A stretch of DNA of 64,000 bases from the NCBI GenBank assembly GCA_004764695.1, contig SMSO01000035.1, positions 2,418,001 through 2,482,000 on the forward strand. The letters are read 5' to 3'. The position numbers were made by a program, and so were the translations under genes. This document shows, piece by piece, positions 51,701 to 64,000 of this stretch (positions are counted from its first letter, which is position 1; each line of letters starts with the position of its first letter). The stretch is from Schizochytrium sp. TIO01. Taxonomy: Eukaryota; Protista; Bigyra: Labyrinthulomycetes. Below the pieces are notes generated by a model, which made no database searches, was not told where the DNA came from, and saw only the letters and a list, made by a program, of their open reading frames with translations.

Positions 51701-54700
51701 AGTCTAACTGCACTTGGATTACCTAAGTTTGACACTCACGCGCAACCGTGAACGACAAATTTGGTCCGCGTAGCAACCTTGGGGAATCGCTAAATTCAAC
51801 TGGAGTTGAACCAGATGCCGTCGCGGCACCATCGAGATTTATTGCAACTTGTGTATATAAAATAAGGCATGGTCTGAAGAAGCTATAACACGGCCGCGAC
51901 ATTCATTGGTCACGCCAATTGTAGGCCGCCAAGGCATTGGTTTAGCAAGGCGCCAACGCATGCGCCGCGTGCAGCAATTGACACGAGGAGGCGAAGCAGT
52001 TCAAGCACCCTCGTTGTATGGTTTGGACAAAACACTTGCAGCAGAATAACATTACTCCTATCAACTTTTTTAATTTAAAACGAAGAAAAAATTACAAAAG
52101 CAGTATAATCACATAGCCATAACCATATCAGTAGTCATTGTGCTTATTGTTTTTCTCTCATTTCAAAGGAAATTGATCCTTCGTTACTGGCCCTCACCTA
52201 AGGTTTACTATATGGCGGGGTCAATTACTGGCTATACAGCGAATCCGCCAATTACGTGCCGGGTTTATTTGTGGAAAACCGGCGCCAGACATCACCCATC
52301 GTAAGATACGCCGCGAGAGTGCCGCGAGCCACTCAGCCCATGGCAAGTCCAGGCGCTGCCCAGGGTCATCATGACGATGACCTGCAGCGTCTTGGAGAAT
52401 AATGTTCCAACAACAGGTGATTTTAATGCAGGTTATTTGTAATTCTACGCAGCGTCTCAAAGTGTACTAATTTCAATATTACACTGGACTCGAGTTGTAG
52501 AGAAACACAAGAGCAGACTTGCTGAGCAGCGCGATGTATTCTTGGAGAGATTTTCGCTCTCCTCTTCTCTACTTCATCTCCACTGAGCATTTTGCTTGAC
52601 ATTTTGCATCTAGCTCACGTCTGCTCATTCTTCAGTTTTTTGGCACGCCACCAAAAGTAATTTATATCAGATCCCCATGAGACATTCCATATGTTCCTTC
52701 ACTTCATGATAGAACTTAAACACGTGCGCTCACGCAAACATCAAGTCTCCAGCTCCTATTACAGATACTTTATTAAGACACCATACTGCACATCATACCT
52801 TTCATAATCCACTTGTCTTCTTCTTTTATCCTCCCTTTCTCTATTTCTATTTCTCCTATAAAGTTTTAAAGTTTCAAAATTTAGATCGGAGATGATAATC
52901 ACTCGTGCTCTTTTAATTAAAAGATTTCCATATTATGGAAAGAAAGAAAGAAAGAAAGAAGCTCTTCCAACTCAACCTAAGAAAAGAAAGTCACATTCGA
53001 ATGCTGGGAACTTTACTTCCACTTGGGAAAGAACTTCCCACACATTAGTTAGTGAGAGGTCAAATTCAAGTTTAAGGCACCAGTATTATGCTAACTATCA
53101 GCTGTAGCTCCTCTTTCGAACTCAAACCAGAACAGCGTGAAGCCTTCAGCCAAACCCTGCGACCACCCATACGTTGGTAGCTTACGAACTAAGAGCAAGC
53201 AACCCCATGCCAAGCAGGAGCAGCAGGAGCTCATACATTAATAACTCGTGCGTTGTCGGCGCCGCTGGCAAACTTCCGGGAATGGCGTGGAGGCATCTCG
53301 CATTTTCACCTTTGTTAGTTTCGGGAGGAAGTCGACTGGGCCATAACTTCCTCAATCCTCTCATCAATCAGAAGAAACAAATCAATTGAATACTTTCTCT
53401 TCTCACACAGTTGCTTCCTTTAGGTTGAACAGAGCGGTATGGCTCACATTGTTTTTACCTAATTATATTTTGAAATATAGTTTATAACATGATTAAAAAG
53501 AGTCTGTGTCAAAATACAATAAATGAAACGTTTTTAAAAGAAGGAAGGAAAGCAAGCAAGCGAGCAAACAAATAAACAAACAAGAAAGGATCTTCGATGG
53601 AGTTAGTTTTATAGTTTTAAGTACTTTGATCAATTTGCTTGCGAAGACTGTTTGCACCAGGAGCAGTAATTGCATATTCTTTTTGAATAAATCGTCGAAG
53701 ATAGTATCCCTAGCAAGCTCTGGGCGAGACTCACATGCGTGCATGAACCATCGTCCGATCGATCCTACAGTGCAACCTGAGAAACACTGACTCGATCCAG
53801 CTTAAAGTTGATTCTTGAGACTCGCGCAAAAAAAAAGTCCCTTTATCCTAGCTAGATAACTTGTCGGGTTTATTATTCTCAGTGTCCCGCACTTTATTCT
53901 GTGCGAGACTGGGAAGCTCACTATGCCTAATGATATGGTAGGTAGGTATAGAGTATTAGCGTTCTTCTTATAAAGAGCTTTATTTGAAAAACAGAGCCTT
54001 TTTTAATTGTATCTCTATTCTCTCTTCTCCTCTTCTTTTTTTTTTATAAATTTAGAAGATGTTTAGCGAAGACTTTGTTTCTGTTACCTTATGTTCTTTT
54101 TATTACATGAATATTAAAACATGTCACTGTTTTTAGCACGTGAACATATATATTTTTTAATCGATTTTAAAATGTTTTGTTGTTCTACTAATCGAGTAAT
54201 TGAGTATTAAACTTAATGTTGATGATATTCTCCTCAAGGATAAAAGCATTTAAAAAAAAAGGAAAAAAAAGAGAGTACTTTTTAAATAGACTAATAATTC
54301 AGTCTTTTGCTTTTTAAAGAGATAAATTGATTGATGGTTTTTTTAAGCTTGCTCGGAGCAAAATCTCAACATTGTGTTGTGTACTAGTAAAATGCTTAGG
54401 TATAAGCTATTGAGGTACAAATAAAGAATATAAAAACAGTGTGTGCTGCCGTGAGTAAGCACAACGAAGAAAAACGAATGGGAATGGCAAGTCTATACGA
54501 AGATGAACGCACGCGCGTTCAAACTCATCTGAAGGAGCTGCTAACTAGTTCACGCTGAAGACCGGTATTACGTTCGGCCATTTCGCTACTCAGCAATGAC
54601 AGAGGCTCTTCCGTCGGACGAAAACTAACGCGTGCGGATGTCTAGCAGACTGGAGACTCCAAGGTGTAAAACCAGGTACCTGAATAATTTGGAACAGATT

Positions 54701-57700
54701 GACTTTGCTCTTGTATCGGAATTGATGATCCAGTCAATTTGGTGCCTCAATCGTCACCAAATTCTTCTCTTGATTCCTCGTGTGGAAACAGTCAATAAAG
54801 TTGAGATCGAGAAGTAGAGAATTCTAGGGAAATCATCAAGAATTTATTGCATTCCAAGACATACTTTTGTCGCGGTATGAGATTGTAACCTGAGCGCAGT
54901 AAATGAATAATTCCTGTGGGCAAGATACGAAATATATAAGCGCATGGCACGATGATCCGGCCAGAACGGCCCGCACACACACAAACTTCTTGGGTAAGAG
55001 CATTTATTTGTAAGTTCGTCCATTTATGCTATTTAGTGATGTTTCTAGATGGGGAAAGTGGCAACGAGGGATTGTTTCCTGCCCGCAAATACACAAACAC
55101 TCCAGGACTCGGTGCTGCAGGGACGATGCGAGCAGCAAAAAATCAATCATTAGGACGAAACTGGAAGACTTCATAGATCATCTTTTCGAGTAGGTATTAC
55201 CTATCCATACTCGAGTATGTGAGTCTCTTTATTTTGTGTGCACTAGCATCGCTTTACCAATGTCGCCAGAGCGAAAGCACAGTACATCCAGATTTATTAC
55301 TGTCAAATGGTGATAGCTTACGGGTTCTTTTCATGAGGATAACCTTATACCAGTAGTTAAATATAAATGTATCAATGATTCTCTGTTGTAGCAAGCTTAG
55401 CCTTTCATACTCATGAAAATATATCAAATAAATTGTGAATTTTGTTTTGAAGAACTTTCATCTATTGTCCTAAGTTATGACAAAGTTCTCTCGTAAGTGA
55501 ATTACAAAATCTTGCAAATGTCAGGGAGTGGGGCTTGCCTATCGTATTACATTAGAAAATCCTGTTTTCTATATTTAAAGAAGAAAGCGTTCGAGAATTG
55601 AGCGTCTTCTCTAACATCTGAAATTTTATCATATTCTATTCCTGATTTTAAAATGAGTCATTTCATATGTGTGTTACCCTGATGAGTTGAATATAATTAT
55701 TTTGTATTTGTGTTGCTATTTTAGACATGTAGAGTTGAATAGCTCGTGCGCGTGCATTAGTTTTGCACAAATTTGTTTTTCAAATATCATTGTCAGTGAT
55801 TTACAAATCAAACTGGGAAAAGTAAGTTTCAGGTGACAAATGTGCCAGAACATGACCTAATGCAATCTCCTACTCACGAAATGCCAAATTCAATTCTATG
55901 TTGTTGTTGCATTTAAGCAGTCATCATTCTTCGTCTTTGTAAAAAGAGTCATGAACATCCTGCCTCTCGTCCTGTCGTGTTCGTATCTCTGAGACGAATC
56001 AAAGCCTACAGAGGCACCTAGGAATTGTAGCATCATCGTCACACAGAATTCAATTATTATTTTCTAAAGTTGATTTAAGAACTGTTCTTTTTATCTCTAC
56101 AAGTAAGAATGAAAGTATTTGATCTCAATGTCCTTCTTTCTTTCTTTTCTCTTTTCGGAAGAAAGTACATACCACTACTATTTATTTTTCTTCTGCAATT
56201 TTAATTTTGAAGGAAAATAAAAGCCATAACCTTGACTCAGAACACCTCTTATTTATATATTGTTTTATTTTTATTTTTAAAATAAACTATTTCTTTAAAA
56301 TTGTGAAGTTATACAACCAACCAATGTTATTTCCCTTTATGACATCACAGCGTAAACAGGTACAAATGTTATGAGAGCATCCTATATATTTGCTTCAAAG
56401 CAATAGTTAGTTAGGGTATTAACACGAGAGCTTTAGAAGAAAAAGATTTGCAGTGAATACCATCAGTAGCACTTCGTAATGAACAACGAGAGATTGTTTT
56501 GGCTTGAGCGAGGGATTTGTAAAAGATTCTCGAGCTTGGCAACTCAAAGTTCTCTCAAGTGAGCATACAATCTTGATACTGAAAAAATATAGTAGCGCGA
56601 TGTAGAAGAACCATATCTCTTGCGAACGATTGTAGCACCATTTCTTCTCCACCATTAAGGCGTAGCGAGTACGAGCAGAAAACTAGACGTACGGAAATCT
56701 CCTCGGAAGATGAAGCTAGAACTTGAGGGGTGACTGATGCTTCCCTCCAGAGCCAGGAGCGATCTTTATGGCTATAGTTTCCTGCTCATGAGAAAGCGCT
56801 ACATGCATGGTCAAAGCACGGCTGGGCTGGGCTGCTGCCAATGCTGCAAGCAACAGAACAGACGCGACGCCATGGCGTTTCCGGCGCTTGGAGTTTTGCG
56901 CATCATCTTCGTTCGCACACTGTGCGAACTTGAGCTGGCCTTTAATAAGGGATCACAGCATAAGATTGGCTTTAGAAGAGACCTATCAGAGTACACACTG
57001 CTCAAATTAGACACACACTGCTGCAGGCGCCTAGGCACCATTCTGAGCTGTTATAAGTAAAGGCTTTTGGCTCTCGCGCCGCCATCCGAGTCGAAAATGC
57101 TGCGACTTCTGCTGTCGCGACTCGTGAAAGAATAGATGGATTCTGGTACTTTCGGGGACCTCCCAGGTAGTTTAAGATGCCGTTTGGTTCGAAGAATTGA
57201 GACAGCATTGGCACTGGGTACGTATAACTTCTAGCCAATCTTTGATCTTCAGCTACGATCTTGTTCAAGGGCTGGCTTGGCTTGGCTGAGGCATACGAAC
57301 ATTCAAGCCGTGAATGTTGTAGAGAGTAGATATGTTGAAAGATGAGCATCATGGATGAATGTCAACACTCCACTCGCTAATGCTTTTTAAGACTCGCATG
57401 TTGGTTGTGGCTGGTCAGGGAAATAGATCTCCTTCCCACTGCTGACTGTCTGCATTGTTCATCAGCTTGAAGGATAACTTGCTTTATTCAGGTTATCTCT
57501 ATCCCACGTTTTCAGACGTATCAAGGTTCGCAGGTATGATGTCAGGAATGATGACGTCGTTTCCATCGCAACTTTGATTAAAACTTGTTAGCCATTTCGC
57601 AAAGAAGAGCTACAGGCAATTGCCACAATAAGAACTGAATAAAACACTCGTTCTAACTCAAACGGGCTGTAGGTACTTGTAAACAGACTTGAGTGCTCGC

Positions 57701-57891
57701 ATAAATCGAGAATAGGCAACCAAAAAAGTTCTTCTCTGTGTCAAGATCTTTGAGCCCTTAGGGCAGTTGCTCCGTCTCGTGATAGATGTTTTAAAAGAGC
57801 TAAACATGCTTAGCTAACTCTTAAAGTACAGTTCCTCCGTAACATCCTCTCATACTTTCCCATGAATTTATGGAGTTTATAGATAAATTTG

Positions 57892-57918
57892 TAATAATAA
57901 TAATAATAATAATAATAA
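57892..57918. repeat. (TAA) x9 microsatellite
   Basis: Read directly from the sequence. Confidence 0.9.
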
Positions 57919-58628
57919 AAGGAAACAAGAACAATTTTAATAGACGCAAGAAACTTTCCGTCTGTCCTCTCCTGACTTCGCATTTCTTTCGACTCGATCT
58001 GGAGAACGGTAGTATTATAAGAAGCCATGCATTTTGCGTCTGCGCTGCCACCCGAGTATAGTATTTCTGTTCGTCTATCAAGAGGTACGAAGCTTCGATC
58101 AACAATCCGAGCTTCGGCGAACAGAATTATCTTGAACATGTGCCAAAAAGTGGAACCCTTTTCGTTTAGTTTCTTTTTTCTTTTCTTCCTTAACATTCGA
58201 GGTTTTCCCGAGTCAATCCTCATTGACCTTTTATTATCAATAGATTAATTAATATAATGCTCCTCAGACTTATGAAAGTGAAGACCAGGTACTTTTGCTT
58301 GAAACCTTTCTTCAAGGCCCTCGTATTGCAACAGCCAACAGCCCGAAGGAAACGCAATTTGCCGCACGAAATGCGAAAGCACAGCTCCACAGAGAGACGA
58401 AAAGAAAAAAGGTTGGAGACCATGAAACAACCTGGGGAGTAGGACCTTGAAATCTTGAAGCAAAGACTTGACGAGGCAAACCAACCTCTGTAAATAAAAG
58501 TGCAAAGAGAAAGGAGTGGTGGAAAGACGAACAACGGAGTTTTCGCTGTTTTCGTTGTTTTACAACACAGCTTCAAAGTTATTTGTTTTCAAGATTTAGG
58601 TGAAGAAGTGAGAACGAACTATCTTGTC

Positions 58629-58683
58629 GTTAGTTGGTTAGTTAGTTAGTTAGTTAGTTAGCTAGTTAGTTAGTTAGTTAGTT
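58629..58683. repeat. Imperfect (GTTA)n microsatellite, about 13 copies
   Basis: Read directly from the sequence. Confidence 0.92.
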
Positions 58684-60043
58684 GGTTCCAAAGGGGAAAA
58701 AAAGTCTCTGTGTTTGAATTGAAGAAAGGAAAAGGCGAATGACTTCAGCGTTACGGCCACTCTGGGCGCCTTGCAGAACGGGATGGAGAGCGCGGACAAG
58801 GCGCTGCCGAGGCTGCGAGGACAGACAGAGAGACAGACAGACAGGAAGCGGCTCGAAGATACCGCCGAGTTCGTGAGATGCCTGCGACGCGTGCTGCTCG
58901 GAGAGCGGCGGCACGTCTGATGAGCGGACTATCGACCCTGTCGTGAGCGAGCGTCGAGGAGGACGCCGCCGACGACCCCGAAGAGAACTGGATTCAAACG
59001 CGGTCTGCGGCGCTCGAGGACGACGAGGACGACGACGAGGACGAGGAGCAGCAGCAGCAGCAGGCCCGTGTCGCCTTGCTGGAGATGGCCGCGATCCTCG
59101 CCGACGTCACGGACGGAGTCGCCAAGGAAGGCGATCGATCGGCTGGTCTTGAATTTGAACCAAGCGGAGCGAGCTCTTGAAATTGAAGTTGAACTTGAAG
59201 TTGTTGAAGTTGTTGAGCTTCTTGAGCTGGCCGAGCCCGAAGACAATGGACCGACCGACTGACTGACTGACTGACTTCACGACCACGAGCAGAAAGGCGA
59301 AGGACGAATCGACAACGGGCGGAGAGGATTATTGAGCCTCCTCGGCGGCGCTACTGGTTCAAGTCCACGGGCACGGACAGCCAGAGCGGAGGACTGACTG
59401 AAAGACTGAAAGACGGCTGACTCTGACAGACAGATCCTCAGATCCTCAGATCCTTACAGCGAGCGAGCGAGCTAGCTAGCTAGTCTGAGAAGAAGCTAGC
59501 TGCCTGAACGCCAGGGCTCGAGGTCTTCTCCAAGCAGCTCTGGCTGGCGGCATGCATCCACGGCGACGACGACGCGGTCAGTCAGTTAGTCAGTCAGTCA
59601 GTCAGTCACCGCCTCTTCTCTCTGCGAGAACCGGAATCCGCCGTTCCACAAATTCCGGCAGGGTTGAAGGTTATGCATTGTGCGTACATGCGCAGGTTTA
59701 GAGGGAAGAGCCTCGCTCTGCTTCGGCGTCGTGACCTGCTTCGTCTCTCTCGACACGCCTCCTGGCTTCGAATGTTGGCTCTCTCTCTCTCTCAGGTTGG
59801 GCCTGAAGAACCTGAAGGCTGCTGCTGCTGCTGCTGCTGCTTGGAAAGCTCTGTGTGCTCGCAGAACGACGCTGCTTTAGGCCGGCTGGTTAAACTGTGG
59901 TCTTTGGAGCCCAGCGGACCAGAACCGGTTCCGCTAAAGGCAGCCTCGTCTTTCTACTTGGGAGAACCGCAGTGTACATTCATACATTCAGTCAGTCAGC
60001 CAGTGTGCGTGGGGTTCGTGTTCTCTTCGGCGCCTTTTGGGGC

Positions 60044-60097
<54 letters not shown>
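60044..60097. repeat. (CTTT) about 13 copies
   Basis: Read directly from the sequence. Confidence 0.95.
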
Positions 60098-60724
60098 CTT
60101 TCTTTTCTGAACGAAACGAAGAATTGCTTCTCTTTCCATTTATTGGATAGGTGGAAGGATGGATTTTATACGGCAAGAAGAAGAAGAAGAAGAAGCAACG
60201 GAAGGAGCCCGTTCCTTTGACTGTTTGACTTTGTTGTGTGAGTTGTCTGTCTCCACACGTTGCCTTTAGCGGTATGTATGTGCCAGCACGCCGCAAAGAA
60301 GGGCTCGACAGCGGATTAGAGAATAACCCCGGAAAGGATCCAAACGGTCGAGCGATAGGTTTCTTGAACGAGGCCTCGCCGCATACAAGTCTCCGGAGGA
60401 GAACCGCAAGAACCGGAGTTTCGCAGCAAATGGTACTAGTTCTGCTTTTACCTCTACAATAGCAATAGTAGGGAAGAGTAATAGTAGGATTATTACCGCC
60501 GGCAGTGTTTTGGCTATGAACTGCAGTTAGCGCTTCCTGAAGGATTGGCAGTTCTTTGGAATAAATACAGAGTTAATATTGCAAGGACTATGAAAGAACC
60601 AAGGTGAGAGTTGAACTACCTCTGTACAACTCCTATTCGCGAGATGGTCGAAGCATGAATGCAAGCAGCAGTCAGATGAGCCAAAGCGCGGCATGGACTT
60701 GATGAAGCCAAGCTTCTTCATCAT

Positions 60725-60770
60725 CAAACAAACAAACAAACAAACAAACAAACAAAACAAACAAACAAAC
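60725..60770. repeat. (CAAA) about 11 copies
   Basis: Read directly from the sequence. Confidence 0.93.
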
Positions 60771-63244
60771 TAGAGGTCAAGTAGTCCAGAAATAACAGCC
60801 GAGATTCGGCTCAGGAGTCCTTCTTAGAGTCCTTCTTAGAGAACCGCACAATCAGCAGCAGCACTAAAGGGATAAGCAAGTAAGAGCCTCTGCTCAACTC
60901 GCACTACCAGTCTAGAAAACCACTGGATCATGGAATTGTCGTCGAGCAACTTGGCTCTCTGAATATAATCTACTACCTAGTGTAGCTTGACCCGACGACT
61001 ATCAAGCAAAGCAAAAGGGAGGCGGAGCAGAGAGAACATCAACGATGAGCCGTTCCTTATACTGCAGGAAGTCCGTATGTAGCAATAGTAGAGTCGATAC
61101 GTAGTAGGATTTCAGATACGCGCTTGCCAGAAAGCCTGTGCAGGAAAGTTAGGGCGTGCTGCGAGCAGATTTTTGTTGGTTTGTTTGTTTGTTCGTTTGT
61201 TTGTTTGTTCTCGCTAAGTTCGGACTGGCTCGCCGAGCCGGTGCTGTGCTGTAGCTCAGCCGCGACTCCTGAGGGTTGGTCAACGAAGCTAAGAACAGTC
61301 AGGTAAACTTTGGAAACTCCGATCTAGCTCGTCTGGCAGATTTGCGAGAGATGACTTCACAGAGACGAGATTTTTTTATTTACTATTTTTTACTCCGTTA
61401 CTTTTTTTTGTTTCTTCTCTAGAGTAGCTCTTGAAAGGTGTCTTCTCTTCGTTTAAGAAATTCTGTCAACAGCCCTAAAGTTGAAAAATCGCGTGTTTTC
61501 ATAGTCTGAAATGTCATGGCGATAACGAAGTAAACAACTTAAGCTACCTCAACAGGCTCTGCCTAGAAAGGTGTCTTCCAGGGCTGGATATACTTTCTCC
61601 TGGCAGCAGGCAGGAGTAGGCACCTACTGTTATCAACAGTTTCAATTTTTGCATTACTATTTACCGGAAAGAACGTCTTTTGATTGTTCTATAGTTTAGA
61701 AACTAATCACCGAGATCTAATTTGCTCAGCATTAAGCAAAATTCTTCTTTTACAAAAACCAGTTATAAACCTAAAGTTCTGACGAAGAGCACATATTTTT
61801 TCCAGCGTGATCTAGTCACTTCTCAAAGTGAACAAATCGCATACAAACTATGATGGGAAAACCTAGCTTCTGAATTGCCTTATCAGATAATTCTCCCTGC
61901 TCATGTTCCTTCCCAAACTCACTCATGGCCGTAGTAAAATTGATTCAAGGGTCACGCAGCGCATAATGACTTTTTGTTTCTCTAATTCGGATAGAAAAGC
62001 ATCATCATTCTAATTCCTCAGCAATGTACTATAGATGGGCTCTTCAAAATATAGCGCAAGCCACAAACATGCCTTTTGTTTACTTTTTCTACTTTCATTT
62101 TTAAGTCTTATACTGAAGCATACATCAGACAAACTTATACACGAACTCGGGCGAATATGTGTGAAGATTGATATACAGGAACTCCTATAGGTGAATTTCG
62201 TCTTTCTTTTTTATTTTGAAGATTATTAAACCCTTAAAAGAAGCTTTCAATAAAACCCTTCAACTTTATCATTACGTCATGTAGCAACAATCTCCTGCTT
62301 GAATTGCACGACATTTTTCAAAACACAGTGCTTACCTCATCTACAGCAATGAACATCACAGAACCGCGAGAACGCATTTCTATCCTTGTACTTTCCAGTT
62401 CTATTTATTCCTCCTTTCTTTCCCCAGTTCTTTATGGTGGGGTTTAGTAGAAATATTAATTTTAAAAAAATTTATAAAATACATCTCTGTTTTTAATCAT
62501 GCTAATTCATTTTTTTTTTAATCATGATTTTCTTACATACTATTTTATTTTATTCTTTTAAAACGAACACAGAAACGACTTCTTTCAGCTTTACTTCGGT
62601 TTGAAGGTGGATGACAAATATATTCTGACTTGCTTTAGCTGCCGTGAGCTTATTTATCTCTGCACTGTATATCGCTCTGGATTCTTCTTACCTAGAATAT
62701 TTAATATTTGTTTTGTTTTTTTCCTAATTAAGTAAAACAACAATTACTTTCCCCGAACCAGAATAACTAGCCTTTACTGTAGTAAGAACATGTTTTTTCA
62801 ATTTGCTTTTCTGTTGTTTTTCCTGTCTTTGTAGTTAGTTCCCCGCTGTGCTAAAGAACGTGGATCCTTACAGAACAGGGTTCTTTCGTAGCGCCCTCAA
62901 GCCACCCCAGCGCCTGTGTGCAGCCGAGTCACTTGTCAGTCGTCCAAAATATTTAAAAGGGAGCTGACTACGATGTCGCAGCAGTTCCTCCTTTAGGCAA
63001 ATCATGGACACTCAGGTGTCGCATGACGCACTAACAGTGCGCCCAGATACGCTATAAATAAAACTAGCGGCCTTTATTCTACATCTTCTACATCTTCAAA
63101 TCGTGTGTGCTATTTCTCTCTTTCTTTTCATTAATGCTAGAGCTTTGCACCTTGAATCGCATATTAGTTTTGAAAACAAAATGATTATATATGTATTGAG
63201 CTCTCTTTTTTTCTCTTCTCCCCCTTTCTTTGTAAATTACAAAT

Positions 63245-63272
63245 TTAATTAATTAATTAATTAATTAATTAA
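63245..63272. repeat. (TTAA) x7 self-complementary microsatellite
   Basis: Read directly from the sequence. Confidence 0.9.
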
Positions 63273-64000
63273 AATACGGGCAATGTGCAGAACACATGGT
63301 AGTTCGGTGTTTCCACTTGAAAAAGACGGCTCTGCTGAAGCTGCTCGTTGCAAAGAGTTGTTGCGTATTCACGTGCGGTGATGGCACGTGATTGTGATGA
63401 ACTTTTGGGCAGGGCTTCTTCGAGCAAGCGAGCAATAGAGAGTCGCTCCAGGCTGGCCACCTACTGCTGCTGCTATCTCCCAAGAACCTGGAGTTCTTCC
63501 TCCTTGAAGGCGATTTCGTTCACACTGCTAGGCTAACAGAGGATCATCGTAGAGTAATCGCTAGGTTGCGGACTCTACGCAGCTTTAGAGCTACCAGCTG
63601 TTCTTGTGAGTACTCGAAAGTAAGGGTCTTCTCGTAACTAGAGCTGCGAGTAAAGCTGGATGGGCTTGCTTTACATGCTGTTCTCAGATGCCTCGTCAAG
63701 CCCAGGCTCGGTGGAACGGACGTCAGTTAGTCAGCTGTCTGAGGCTTTTGCAAGAGCACCACACGGAATAAATGTTAGTTCACGTGCTGAGATTGATTTT
63801 CCTCGAGAGCTTTGTTTGCTCAGTGTTGAGAAAACTCTCCCAAAGCAAGCTTCTCCCGATCTATCGTGTTTAGGCTATTAAGTAAAACCCAGCATGCTCG
63901 ACCAAAACATCACCCAAAAGTTGCCACTTTGAGTTGGTCCTGAGGTGGTGAAATTCATGACAGATGGAAAGGAAAAAGTTGGCCAGGCTTTCCACGAGAC

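Overview
Eukaryotic nuclear DNA. It is moderately AT-rich, has GT-AG introns and is dense in microsatellites. The composition and gene style suggest a stramenopile protist, possibly a thraustochytrid; this is an inference. Only four protein-coding genes can be supported in 64 kb. (1) A 4-exon Ca2+-regulated mitochondrial ATP-Mg/Pi carrier (SCaMC/SLC25A23-25 type, 3059-5291 +). (2) An extended-SDR NAD(P)-dependent epimerase/dihydroflavonol-reductase-like gene (9881-8816 -), broken by a single +1 frame disruption. (3) A strongly diverged ADP/ATP-carrier-like SLC25 protein with an apparent N-terminal secretory signal peptide (20377-21379 +), also broken by a single +1 disruption in a similar local context. 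(4) An intronless putative transcription factor (33774-32749 -) whose only folded domain combines a Capicua-long-isoform-like GxQWRRLC module with a WRKY19-like C-x4-C-x10-C-x2-H finger. Gene 4 sits alone in about 42 kb with no other recognisable gene. The rest of the window is intergenic DNA containing GC-rich islands packed with short tandem duplications, a 16-bp minisatellite, a recurrent GTAGGTA/TACCTAC word, orphan promoter-like elements and several decayed coding relics. I could not support any rRNA, tRNA, CRISPR array or intact transposon.
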